A stretch of 62,672 nt of DNA, counting the filler. It is 9 parts of 9 records of this genome, joined end to end, with 100 filler letters (N's around TTAATTAATTAA, not from the genome) between each part and the next. Parts side by side here need not be neighbours in the genome. Positions count along the whole stretch, not along the records: positions 1 to 6,505 come from SRR31147125_59884; positions 6,606 to 17,667 come from SRR31147125_59907; 7 more parts are not named here. The stretch is one strand, 5' to 3'. Position 1 is the first letter of the stretch, and every line of letters starts with the position of its first letter. Made by a program: the position numbers and the translations under genes. The notes under the pieces are model-generated. The model was not told the origin of the DNA, searched no databases, and worked only from the letters and a program-made list of their open reading frames with translations. Positions 1 to 9,447 of this stretch are shown piece after piece.

Positions 1-4
1 GGCA

Positions 5-1432
5 ATGTGTACAACCACAAAAAAAGTGCTTGAAGAAAGCAAAATCAGCAAAGATAAAGTCAGCGGCATATCATTTTGTGCGCAGATGCAGGGAATCGTG
101 CTGGTGGATAAGGACGGCAATCCTGTGCGCAATGCGATGAGTTACATGGACAACAGAGCCAAGGAGCAGATGACAAAGACTTTGTCTTCAGGCATGAAGT
201 TTCAGGGTATAAATATACTTAAGCTGATAAAGAGCGTAGTAACTACCGGAGTTGTGGCAAGCAGCTCAAAAGACCCTGTTTGGAAATATAACTGGGTGAA
301 AGAAAATGAACCGGAAGTATTTAAAAAGGTATATAAATGGCTGGATGTAAAGGATTTTTTAATATCAAAGTCCTGCGGCGAATTTATAATGACAGAGGAC
401 AGTGCCTACGCTACTATGCTGTTTGATATAAGAAAGGATAAACGGCAGTTCAGCGGAAGCATATGCAAAATGATGGGTGTAGATATAGACCACATGCCAA
501 AGATAATAAAAAGTACGGACACGGCAGGCAAGGTGACCCGAAAGTCAGCAAAGAAACTGGGGCTGAAAGAGGGGACTTTGGTCTTTGGCGGCGGCGGCGA
601 TGCATCGCTTATAGGCATAGGAGCAGGTTCAGCTAAAATAAAGGATACTCATGTATACATGGGTACATCAGGGTGGGTATCCACTGTTATTAATAAGCCT
701 CAGATAGATATACTCTGCAAAATAGCAGGCATTGTAGGGGCCAACGATAGAACCTATAATTACTTTGCGGAGCTTGAAACCGCAGGAAAATGCATAGAAT
801 GGGTTAAGGAGCATTTAGCCTACGAGGAAACTATCGACAGAATAGAGGAGATAAATGCAAACGGCGACTATGAAGACTTTGCAATAGACCTATATGACTA
901 TATGATGCAATCGGTTAAGGATGTTCCGGCAGGAAGCAATAATGTAATTTTCACCCCGTGGCTTCATGGAAACAGATGCCCTTTTGAGGATACATCTGCA
1001 AGGGGGATGTTTTTTAACGTGGGGATAAATACAAAAAAGACTGAATTAATCCATGCAGTAATAGAAGGCGTTTGTTATCATCTGCGCTGGCAGCTGGAGT
1101 GCAGCAAAAAGAAAGTGAATATAGGGGATAAATTACGCTTTGTGGGAGGCGGCGCACTTGCACCTATGACGTGCCAGATTCTAGCGGATATTTTAAATAT
1201 GAAGGTTGAAGTTGTTGATAATCCTCAGAATGCGGGAGCTATGGGCGCGGCAGTTTTGGCATCTGTAGGCTTGGGAATAATTGATGATTTGGAGGATGCT
1301 AATAAGCTGATTGAAATCCAAAAGACGTATTATCCCAATAAGTCAAATAAGGAAGTATACAATAAAGAATTTAACATATTTAAGAATTTATATTATAATA
1401 ATAAAAAATCATTTAATTTACTGAATGCATAA
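5..1432 (+). CDS. FGGY-family carbohydrate kinase (xylulokinase-like), 5'-truncated at window start
   Basis: GISFCAQMQG, GGGGD and YMGTSGW motifs, PWLHGNRCP, AVIEGVCY, VGGGA; ORF runs to the window edge. Confidence 0.9.
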   Translation: MCTTTKKVLEESKISKDKVSGISFCAQMQGIVLVDKDGNPVRNAMSYMDNRAKEQMTKTLSSGMKFQGINILKLIKSVVTTGVVASSSKDPVWKYNWVKENEPEVFKKVYKWLDVKDFLISKSCGEFIMTEDSAYATMLFDIRKDKRQFSGSICKMMGVDIDHMPKIIKSTDTAGKVTRKSAKKLGLKEGTLVFGGGGDASLIGIGAGSAKIKDTHVYMGTSGWVSTVINKPQIDILCKIAGIVGANDRTYNYFAELETAGKCIEWVKEHLAYEETIDRIEEINANGDYEDFAIDLYDYMMQSVKDVPAGSNNVIFTPWLHGNRCPFEDTSARGMFFNVGINTKKTELIHAVIEGVCYHLRWQLECSKKKVNIGDKLRFVGGGALAPMTCQILADILNMKVEVVDNPQNAGAMGAAVLASVGLGIIDDLEDANKLIEIQKTYYPNKSNKEVYNKEFNIFKNLYYNNKKSFNLLNA

Positions 1433-1482
1433 AAATTTAAAGAAGTTGACTAACTGGATTATCACTAGGTTGAATTTGGAGG

Positions 1483-2877
1483 TTGAGAATGTTTAACGGC
1501 TTAACAAAGAGGAGAAAAATCGGTTATGCTTCGGGCATTATTTCTGAGTCCGTTTTGTATAACATGTTTTACAGTTATTTCCTGTTTTTCTTAACAGACA
1601 TAGCTGGAATAAATCCTGCTATTGCAGGAACTATAAGCATGATATCAATAGTAATTGATGGCATAACAGACCCAGTAATTGGACATTTAGCAGACAGAAA
1701 AGGAAAAGACAAAAGACGATTGATGAAATCGGCCGTTATACCTATGTCCATACTTTTTATATTTGCTTTTACTAAATTTAATTTATCACATAATGTATTA
1801 GTAATATATTTTATTGTCATGGCTGTGGTATTTTGGGTTGCATATACTGTATACACAATACCATACTATGCGCTATGTGCAGAACTAACATCAGATTATG
1901 ATGAACGTACTAAAATAAGAGGAACAAGCTCTTTGATAAATGCATTTGCTATATTTACAGGTAGTGCCGCTCCAGTAGTTTTTGTTGGGTTATTTGAAGG
2001 GTTCAATATTGCTACAACAACTAGCTGGTCATTAACTGCCGTAATTGTTGCTGTCATTGCAATTATTTTTGGTTATATTGCTTATAATTCAACCAAAGAC
2101 TTAAAGTTAATAAAACCAGAAAAAAAAGAAAGCGAAAATATATTTAATACATATTTACAGATAGCAAAAATTAAACCTTTTAAATATTTGTTAGTATTTG
2201 TAGTATTATTTATGATTCAATCATCGCTCGCACAGGCTGATTTAATATATTTGCTAGAATACAGAGTGTTGGTTAACCCGGATGATTATATGCCTGTAGC
2301 TTTAGGAGCTATAGTAGTAGGAATGATTATTTTTGTGCCTATAACAACAAAGCTGGCTACGATAAGGGATAGGAAATTTGCAGTAATATGTTTGCTGTCT
2401 ATAGCCACATTAGGCATGTTTACATTCAGGTTCATTGGTATAACAAATGTATATACGCTTGTTGCAATGCTGCTGTTTTATGCTATAGGTCTTGCCGTTT
2501 TCTGGACGACATTTTATTCCTTTACTTACGATATTGCAGAGATTGACGAGATGGTTAACTCCAAAAAGAGAGTAGGGGCTATTACATCACTTCCTCAATT
2601 ATTGCAGAAATTCGGCGCGGCTATCGGCATGCAGACATTGGGATTAGTTCTTTCATTCACCGGATATAACGCAGATGCTGCGGTGCAAAGTGAATCGGCA
2701 GTCATGGGCATAGAAAGTGTAATAACCATATTCTGTCCAATTGTGATGGGCTTAGCTGTACTATTTATGGCGATGTACCCTGTGACAAAAGAAAGGTATC
2801 AAAAACTGCAAAGGGCACTAGAAAATAAAAAAGCTAACAAAGATTATGATACTGAAGGGCTTGATAAATTATTGTAA
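1483..2877 (+). CDS. MFS glycoside-pentoside-hexuronide (GPH/MelB-like) sugar:cation symporter
   Basis: About 12 hydrophobic segments, DGITDPVIG and IPYYALCAELTSDYDER motifs; GGAGG RBS before TTG start. Confidence 0.88.
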   Translation: MRMFNGLTKRRKIGYASGIISESVLYNMFYSYFLFFLTDIAGINPAIAGTISMISIVIDGITDPVIGHLADRKGKDKRRLMKSAVIPMSILFIFAFTKFNLSHNVLVIYFIVMAVVFWVAYTVYTIPYYALCAELTSDYDERTKIRGTSSLINAFAIFTGSAAPVVFVGLFEGFNIATTTSWSLTAVIVAVIAIIFGYIAYNSTKDLKLIKPEKKESENIFNTYLQIAKIKPFKYLLVFVVLFMIQSSLAQADLIYLLEYRVLVNPDDYMPVALGAIVVGMIIFVPITTKLATIRDRKFAVICLLSIATLGMFTFRFIGITNVYTLVAMLLFYAIGLAVFWTTFYSFTYDIAEIDEMVNSKKRVGAITSLPQLLQKFGAAIGMQTLGLVLSFTGYNADAAVQSESAVMGIESVITIFCPIVMGLAVLFMAMYPVTKERYQKLQRALENKKANKDYDTEGLDKLL

Positions 2878-2946
2878 GATAATATGCAAAGATTTTAGAT
2901 ACAGTTTTTAAGAATCTTTAAATTCCAATTCCAATAAAAGTATAAG

Positions 2947-2987
2947 CAAACTGCGGCTCAGAAAATAATTTTCCAAACCGCAGTTTG
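2947..2987. terminator. Hairpin between convergent genes, probable bidirectional terminator
   Basis: CAAACTGCGG (2947-2956) pairs with CCGCAGTTTG (2978-2987). Confidence 0.7.
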
Positions 2988-3021
2988 TTCATTAATCTTT
3001 TGTTTTGTCATCAGAATAAAC

Positions 3022-3618
3022 TTAGTTCTGTACAAAAGAAGGAGTAACAACAAATACAGTCTCTTTAACCGTTGAGGATAAAGGAGTATCAGCATCCAGT
3101 GTTATTTTGAGTTCCAGCAGACAATAATCATCCTCACCATCATTGCGATGCAAAACAATATCCGCAGAGGATACATCGGTTAAGCCGTTTGCTTCAAGCA
3201 ATGAAGTTCCGCTAATGGAATTAGAGACAGAGGTGATTGGGTGTAAATCCTCAAATTTGGTTAGCGTCCATTTTAGCACCAAGTGTTTCATAAGCTCTTG
3301 ATTATCAATTGAGATATTAATCCCGTCCAGCATGGCATCATAAGAACCGTCATTTATAATTTTGTAACTTAGTACTATTTCACTTCCCGGTGCTAGATTC
3401 TGCAAAGTTTCATTAACATTAGAAACCCCGTCTAAGACTTCATTTGAAGATTCCATACCTTGATTGGAGCTTATTGTTTTCTCCACAATTTTTACATCGA
3501 CTGAAGTAGTTTCAGCAGTGACAAATTCACCGGAGGCATCAACAAACTTTGCAAGAGCAGTGTTAGCGGCAAATAAAGCTAAAACTAATGCAATTATAAA
3601 AACAGCTATCTTTTTCAT
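3022..3618 (-). CDS. Secreted TasA/CalY-like protein with SipW-type signal peptide
   Basis: MKK-hydrophobic-ALAKFVD N-terminus, NLAPG...IINDGS core, C-terminal TPSFVQN; AGGAGG RBS. Confidence 0.6.
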   Translation of the reverse strand: MKKIAVFIIALVLALFAANTALAKFVDASGEFVTAETTSVDVKIVEKTISSNQGMESSNEVLDGVSNVNETLQNLAPGSEIVLSYKIINDGSYDAMLDGINISIDNQELMKHLVLKWTLTKFEDLHPITSVSNSISGTSLLEANGLTDVSSADIVLHRNDGEDDYCLLELKITLDADTPLSSTVKETVFVVTPSFVQN

Positions 3619-4094
3619 AACACACCTCCTACTTGTTATCTATTTAGGTGTCATTATTTAATAGTATTTGTTCAGTCGAAAAAATAGTAATCGTTAGTTG
3701 CTTGCTACAAGCGTACAAATTGGTATGATTAAAATGTGATTAAAATATATATCTATATACTAAATATAAACTATTAATATAAGAATTAAAAGGGTTATAT
3801 TTACTAAAAAAAGTATCATTTTTTAATATTTACAAAAAGCAGGACTTGCCATTTAATTATACAAAACATCTAATTAATCATAAAAAAATTATGCACAATA
3901 ACTATAGTATGTTTTTTTATTCATATTATTGTATTTATTTATCATTTTTTCAATTTAAATTGAATTATTTACTGCTATTCATAAAACTTTCACATAAGTT
4001 CAATTTGGAGTTCATTAAAATGGTTTATATATAGTATATAAGAAATCTATACGGGATGCGTAGGAAATAAATTTTTTAAGGAAAAACTAATGAT

Positions 4095-4721
4095 ATGAAA
4101 AAAATTGCTTTAAAAATAACCATCATATTGTCAGCATTCTTTATATTTGCCGGGGTTTCCTATGCAAGATGGACAGACGAAGTGGATATATTTGTTAATG
4201 CAACCACGGGAGAAACAGATTTAAAAATAAGCAGTTCATCAGTTATTTCAGGGAAAGCAGAAAAAGTTACACTGAAATACAGCAAAAATGCTGAGAGCAT
4301 TAAAATTATAGATATAGATAAACAAGAAGTGAAAATATCAATAAATTTTAAAAACTCAGGCACAATCCCGGTGGATGTTGACGGCATAAAAATATCTGGA
4401 TTTGATCTGATAAAAGGAAGTAAAAGCAATAGTAAAGATATAGATGTATACGTAGAGATGTTTTTAAAGGGTAACAGGGAAATATATAAAAAGATTGATT
4501 TTGCCAATTTAGGCGGGTATAAGAAATCTACTATAATTAGTCCAAACAGAACTATCAGATTGGAGCCCGGACAGGATGCGACTATATATGTTACGTTAAG
4601 TTTAGATGAAAAATGGAATAATGGCAGGGATGTCAGAGGAAAAGACAACCACTGGGAGAAGGACGAAAAAATAAGTATAGACTTTGATTTGGAAATCATA
4701 TATTCCAGATTTAATGAATAA
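4095..4721 (+). CDS. Secreted TasA/CalY-like protein with SipW-type signal peptide
   Basis: GVSYARWTD signal motif, ATTGETDL, FKNSGTIP, LEPGQ; C-terminal YSRFNE. Confidence 0.65.
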   Translation: MKKIALKITIILSAFFIFAGVSYARWTDEVDIFVNATTGETDLKISSSSVISGKAEKVTLKYSKNAESIKIIDIDKQEVKISINFKNSGTIPVDVDGIKISGFDLIKGSKSNSKDIDVYVEMFLKGNREIYKKIDFANLGGYKKSTIISPNRTIRLEPGQDATIYVTLSLDEKWNNGRDVRGKDNHWEKDEKISIDFDLEIIYSRFNE

Positions 4722-4744
4722 TTTTAGAAAGTGAGTGTAGAGGT

Positions 4745-5383
4745 ATGAAAAAGAACAAGTTATTAATTATTGGAATCGTGGCAGCACTTTTGTTAACAGG
4801 TGTGGCATTTGCGGCGTGGACGGCAAGTGTTGACGTAAACGTCAATGCAAAGAGCGGAGAGTTGGATGTAGAGATTACTAAGACAAAGGTTGTGTCTGCA
4901 TCAGATTATGTAAAGTTTGCAAGAAAGAACATTGTAGTTTCTGAGGATAAGAAAACAGCGACAGTAAGCATTGACAATATGTACCCCGGGTCAGAAGTTA
5001 CATTTACTATTCAGGTAAAAAACACAGGAACTTTGCCTGTTGAATTAACAAAGCTTACTCATAGCGCAATAAAAGTATTAGATAAGGATACAAATGCCAG
5101 CTACGGACTAGATGCAGATATATTTGAATTTTTCAATGCAGAATATACTGCGGCAGTAATTGACAAAAAAGGTGTTACATTGGAGACATTAGCTTCTGTA
5201 GATACTGCTACATTATCTAACTGGGTAGAAGATATATATGTAGATAATAATCTAGTTGCTATTGAGCCGGGACAAAGCTTATTGTTGACTGTAACAGTGT
5301 ATTTGGACGAACAAGCATTAGATAATACTGAAAATAAATTATTTATGTTCTCAGTAACTCCGTTATTTGGACAAGCTAATTAA
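4745..5383 (+). CDS. Secreted TasA/CalY-like protein with SipW-type signal peptide (candidate major subunit)
   Basis: GVAFAAWT signal motif, AKSGELDV, NMYPG...VKNTGTLP, IEPGQ; C-terminal FGQAN. Confidence 0.7.
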   Translation: MKKNKLLIIGIVAALLLTGVAFAAWTASVDVNVNAKSGELDVEITKTKVVSASDYVKFARKNIVVSEDKKTATVSIDNMYPGSEVTFTIQVKNTGTLPVELTKLTHSAIKVLDKDTNASYGLDADIFEFFNAEYTAAVIDKKGVTLETLASVDTATLSNWVEDIYVDNNLVAIEPGQSLLLTVTVYLDEQALDNTENKLFMFSVTPLFGQAN

Positions 5384-5404
5384 TAGGTTAATAATCCTAC
5401 GTAT

Positions 5405-5440
5405 CCCATATGCATTTTTAAGTGTGTATGGGTTACTTTT
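5405..5440 (+). terminator. Intrinsic terminator after the TasA-like operon
   Basis: CCCATATGCA / TGTGTATGGG stem (two G-U pairs) followed by TTACTTTT. Confidence 0.6.
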
Positions 5441-5538
5441 ATAATAAATTTGTTTTAGTATGAAAAAAGCATATTATTATATAATAAAACATCACTGTTT
5501 TACATATTTATGTTATTTAGCTTAAGGTGGATTAATAT

Positions 5539-6505
5539 ATGAATATAATTAGATCGAAAGAGGACCTGGATAATTTGCTGTTAAAAAGTGTTGAGGTACA
5601 TGGAACAGATTTACACTTTAGTGTTGGTGCATATCCCGCTGTTAGAATACATGGTGAAGTAAAGTATTTAAAAACGGAAAGCAAAGTGACAGCAGAGGAT
5701 GTAAAAAACATTGCAAAACTTATAGTACCCAATAATAAATATGACGAAAACGGAAAATATTACAACTGTACATTTCCTTATTCAGTAATAGGAAAAGGGC
5801 GTTTCAGAGTAAATCTCTTTAAACAAAGAAGCAGCTTTTGCGCCTCTTTTAGAATAGGAAATTTCTATTGTCCGACAAAGGAGCAGCTTAGGCTGCCGGA
5901 TGAAATCGAACACATTTTTAATATCACTTCGGGACTTGTTATAATATCGGGGGCTAGGGGAAGCGGAAGAACATCCACGGCCGCATATATATTGGACAAA
6001 ATCAGACAAACAAAACCTTATTTTATAGATACTGTTGAAGACCCCATTGAGTTTTTATACAAACATGATAAAAGCGTAATAAACCAAATGGAAGTGGGGA
6101 TAGACGTACCGACCATATTAGATGGATTTAAAATAGCATTGAGGAATTATTCGAATGTAATATTTTTAAGCTCATTAGTGGACAGAGAGGTAATAAAACT
6201 AGTGCTGGAATCCGCAAGAGCCGGAAAGACGATAATTGCAGTAACTGAAGTGCAGGGAGTTGTAGAGGTTATAAGAAGCCTGATAGATATATTCCCAAAT
6301 GAAAGTGCCAATTACATAAGAACTCTGCTTTCCAATTCACTAAAATGTGTAATATCCCAGCAATTAATGCCTGACGTTAATGATAAAGACATTCCTTTAT
6401 GTGAAATTTTGTATGGAATAAAGGCAGTATCTAATATAATAAGAGAAAATAAAATTCCTCAGCTGTCACAGGTTATTGAAACAAGTCAGCTGCGGGGAAT
6501 GCTCT
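5539..6505 (+). CDS. PilT/PilU-family ATPase-like protein with degenerate catalytic motifs, 3'-truncated
   Basis: TDLHF, GRFRVNLFKQ, TVEDPIEF, ISQQL and AVSNIIRE (AIRNLIRE-like) are present; Walker A reads GARGSGRT. Confidence 0.85.
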
Positions 6506-6605
6506 NNNNNNNNNNNNNNNNNNNNNNNNNNNNNNNNNNNNNNNNNNNNTTAATTAATTAANNNNNNNNNNNNNNNNNNNNNNNNNNNNNNNNNNNNNNN
6601 NNNNN
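6506..6605. other. Artificial contig spacer
   Basis: N-run, TTAATTAATTAA (stops in all six frames), N-run. Confidence 0.98.
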
Positions 6606-6698
6606 CCTGAACTCGTTTCAGGGTCTTACGAAAAGTTCTGTCATTGGCAGCGAAGCAAGGAATCTGTAACAAGTTATAGCAGAAACAAATAAAAAAAT

Positions 6699-9221
6699 AT
6701 GAAATTCGTAACATTTCTACTACTAATCCTAATTGGCATTTCAACCATAAATGCCCAAAACATTAAGCGCGAAACCGATTTAAATTTCGACTGGAAATTT
6801 ACCCTGGTTGAAGACACAGAACTTCCAAAACAACTGCCTTTAGACGATAGTAAATGGCGCGATGTTCGCTTGCCTCACGACTGGAGCGTTGAGTTTCCTT
6901 TTTCTGACGAATGGGAAGGTTGTACCGGTTATTTGCCTGGCGGAGTAGGTATTTACCAAAAACATTTTAAAACGCCGGCATCGCCAAAAGAAAAGAGCGT
7001 ATTTGTGAAGTTCGACGGGGTGTATAATAACGCCACTTTCTGGTTAAACGGAAAGCTTTTGGGCGAAAACCCCTATGGTTATTCTCCTGTTAACTGGGAC
7101 TTAACAAAGTACCTGAAAACCGATGGATCGGATAACATACTCACGGTTCATGTCGACCACTCGCGTTATGCCGACAGCCGCTGGTACACCGGTAGCGGAA
7201 TTTACCGAAATGTAAAATTGGTAACGGTTGACAAATTGCACATTCCTATTTGGGGAACTTTTATTTCAACACCTGAAGTTAGTTGCGAGGAGGCCAAAGT
7301 TCAGCTTAAGGTGAAAGTTGAAAACCAGGCAGGAAGCAGCAGTTTTACACTTTCAACAAAATTAATTGATAACGAAGGAATTGTTGTTGCCCAACAAAAC
7401 GATGAATTAAAATTAAAAGGAAAGTCAAACGAAGAATTCACACAGAATTTTACAGTAGCCAATCCTAAACTTTGGGATTGTGAGAATCCGAACATGTACA
7501 GGGCAGTAACAACAATTTCTACCAAAGGAAAAGTAATTGATGAGTACACCACGCCATTTGGAATTCGTAAAATTGAATTCATTGCCAACCAGGGATTCTT
7601 TTTAAACGGAAAACCAACCTTTATGAAAGGCGTTTGCATTCACCACGATGCCGGTTTAGTGGGTGCCGCCGTACCTAAAGGCGTTTGGAAACGTAGGATT
7701 GAGAATTTACAGGCAGGTGGTGTAAATGCCATCCGTACTTCGCACAATCCGTTTTCCGAAGAGTTCCCGGATCTTTGCGATGAATTGGGAATTTTGGTGC
7801 AAAACGAAATTTTTGACGAGATGGATTACCCCAAAGATAAACGTCTGAATTTGCATGAACGTCACGACGATTACATTTCTCGCGGATATGCCGAGCATTT
7901 TCAGGAATGGGGCGAAAGCGATTTAAAACGTACCGTTTTGCGCGACCGTAACCATCCAAGCGTAGTGCAGTGGAGTATTGGCAACGAAATTGAATGGACT
8001 TACTTGAGCTACCGCTACATAACCGGTTTTTGGCCCGACCCTAATGACCCGATGAAGAGAGTAGATAATTTTTGGGGTAGCCGACCAAAATTCAGTCGTG
8101 AAGAAATGAAAGAGCGTTACGAAGCTTCTGAAAAGGAAGAGTACGTTTTGGGCGAAACTTCGCAGCGACTGGCCGATTGGATTCGTGATTTGGATACCAC
8201 ACGTCCAACTACAGCCAACCACATCATCCCGCAGGTAAGCCACGTTAGTGGATACGCCGATGCCGTTGATATTGCAGGCTACAGTTACCGAAACAACATT
8301 TTCCCCTGGTCGAAATACTATTTCCCCAACAAACAAACCACCATTAACGAATGCCCCGGAACCTGGGACGACTGGAAACAAGTACTTGAATACCCGGGAG
8401 TGTTCAGCATTTTTATGTGGACGGGTATCGACTATTTGGGCGAAAGCAACAACCGCTGGCCGGGTCGCCGTCCGTGGGGCGATATGTTGGATTTAGCCGG
8501 TTTTAAAGTGCAGGGCTGGAATTATTTCAAAAGCATTTGGAAAAACGAACCCCATATTTCCATTGGAACTTTGCCATTAAAAGGTTCTGGTTTTGGAGTG
8601 GATAAAATGTCAGGTTTCGCTGTAGCCGATGCCAAGAATTCTTACAAATGGCGCGACTCGGAAATGCATTGGAACTACAAAACCGGTGATACTTTGTTGG
8701 TTGAAGTTTGCTCAAACTATTCTACCGTTGAATTATTATTGAACGGCAAATCGTTAGGTTATCGTAGCATGTCGGAATCGCCCGACCGTTTAATGCGCTG
8801 GGTCGTTCCTTTTGAAAAAGGTAAACTGGAAGCACGCGCTGTTCTTGGAAAAGAAAAAATGAAAACATGTTTGCTTACCGCATCGGAACCTGTTGCCATG
8901 AAAATTACAGCTGATAAATCGAACTTGAAAGCCGACGCTTACGATGTGTCGCACCTCGTGGTTCAGTTGGTTGATGCGAATGGAGTACCCGTTCAAACCG
9001 AAAATACAAATGTTGAGTTTGAGATTAACGGACCAGCCAAATTATTAGGCGTTGACTGTGCCAACCATCATAAACATCAGGATTTCCAAAGCAATAAAAT
9101 TGAAACTTATAAAGGCCGTTGTTTGGCAATAATTCAATCTACAAAAAAAGCAGGAACAGTTACAGTTACCGCCAAAGCCGCTGGTTTTGAAAGCCAGAGC
9201 GTAGTTGTTGAAATGAAATAA
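6699..9221 (+). CDS. GH2 beta-galactosidase with signal peptide, probably agarolytic
   Basis: LPHDWS, FDGVYN, SRWYTGSGIYR, GVNAIRTSHNP, WSIGNE (acid/base) and WTGIDYLGE motifs; lies near a GH117 gene. Confidence 0.93.
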   Translation: MKFVTFLLLILIGISTINAQNIKRETDLNFDWKFTLVEDTELPKQLPLDDSKWRDVRLPHDWSVEFPFSDEWEGCTGYLPGGVGIYQKHFKTPASPKEKSVFVKFDGVYNNATFWLNGKLLGENPYGYSPVNWDLTKYLKTDGSDNILTVHVDHSRYADSRWYTGSGIYRNVKLVTVDKLHIPIWGTFISTPEVSCEEAKVQLKVKVENQAGSSSFTLSTKLIDNEGIVVAQQNDELKLKGKSNEEFTQNFTVANPKLWDCENPNMYRAVTTISTKGKVIDEYTTPFGIRKIEFIANQGFFLNGKPTFMKGVCIHHDAGLVGAAVPKGVWKRRIENLQAGGVNAIRTSHNPFSEEFPDLCDELGILVQNEIFDEMDYPKDKRLNLHERHDDYISRGYAEHFQEWGESDLKRTVLRDRNHPSVVQWSIGNEIEWTYLSYRYITGFWPDPNDPMKRVDNFWGSRPKFSREEMKERYEASEKEEYVLGETSQRLADWIRDLDTTRPTTANHIIPQVSHVSGYADAVDIAGYSYRNNIFPWSKYYFPNKQTTINECPGTWDDWKQVLEYPGVFSIFMWTGIDYLGESNNRWPGRRPWGDMLDLAGFKVQGWNYFKSIWKNEPHISIGTLPLKGSGFGVDKMSGFAVADAKNSYKWRDSEMHWNYKTGDTLLVEVCSNYSTVELLLNGKSLGYRSMSESPDRLMRWVVPFEKGKLEARAVLGKEKMKTCLLTASEPVAMKITADKSNLKADAYDVSHLVVQLVDANGVPVQTENTNVEFEINGPAKLLGVDCANHHKHQDFQSNKIETYKGRCLAIIQSTKKAGTVTVTAKAAGFESQSVVVEMK

Positions 9222-9226
9222 AAACA

Positions 9227-9395
9227 CCGTCCCTACAGGACTTGGGGTAATCTAATTAACTAAATTACTACCATAACACCGTGCCGCTGGCACTTGCAAG
9301 ATAATTGACAAATTAGATAAGTCGCATAGCGACGCAGTTATGGTAGATAAAAAATGGAGTGTTCAAAAAAATCGCATAGCGATGGTGTTATGGTT
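9227..9395. repeat. Intergenic REP-like palindromic repeat cluster
   Basis: TCGCATAGCGA...GTTATGGT twice (about 9322 and 9372); inverted CTACCATAACACC at about 9268; GTCCCTACAGGAC hairpin. Confidence 0.55.
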
Positions 9396-9447
9396 ATTAA
9401 ATAACTGCAAGATTTTAAAGTGGTATAAGAATGACTAAAAGAAAAAC

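Larger units (their letters stand above)
4049..5411. repeat. 17-bp imperfect inverted repeat pair (4049-4065 and 5395-5411) bracketing the two-gene operon
   Basis: ATACGGGATGCGTAGGA versus the reverse complement of TCCTACGTATCCCATAT: 15/17 identical. Confidence 0.75.

Noticed and set aside
3619..4094. Possible SinR- or Spo0A-like boxes (AGTTCA repeats, AGTCGAA) in the divergent promoter region
   Set aside because: Short, mismatched and expected by chance in very AT-rich DNA.
6506..6605. TTAATTAATTAA palindrome recurring eight times, and ORFs ending in X...LIN
   Set aside because: Synthetic six-frame-stop spacer inside N-runs; not biological.
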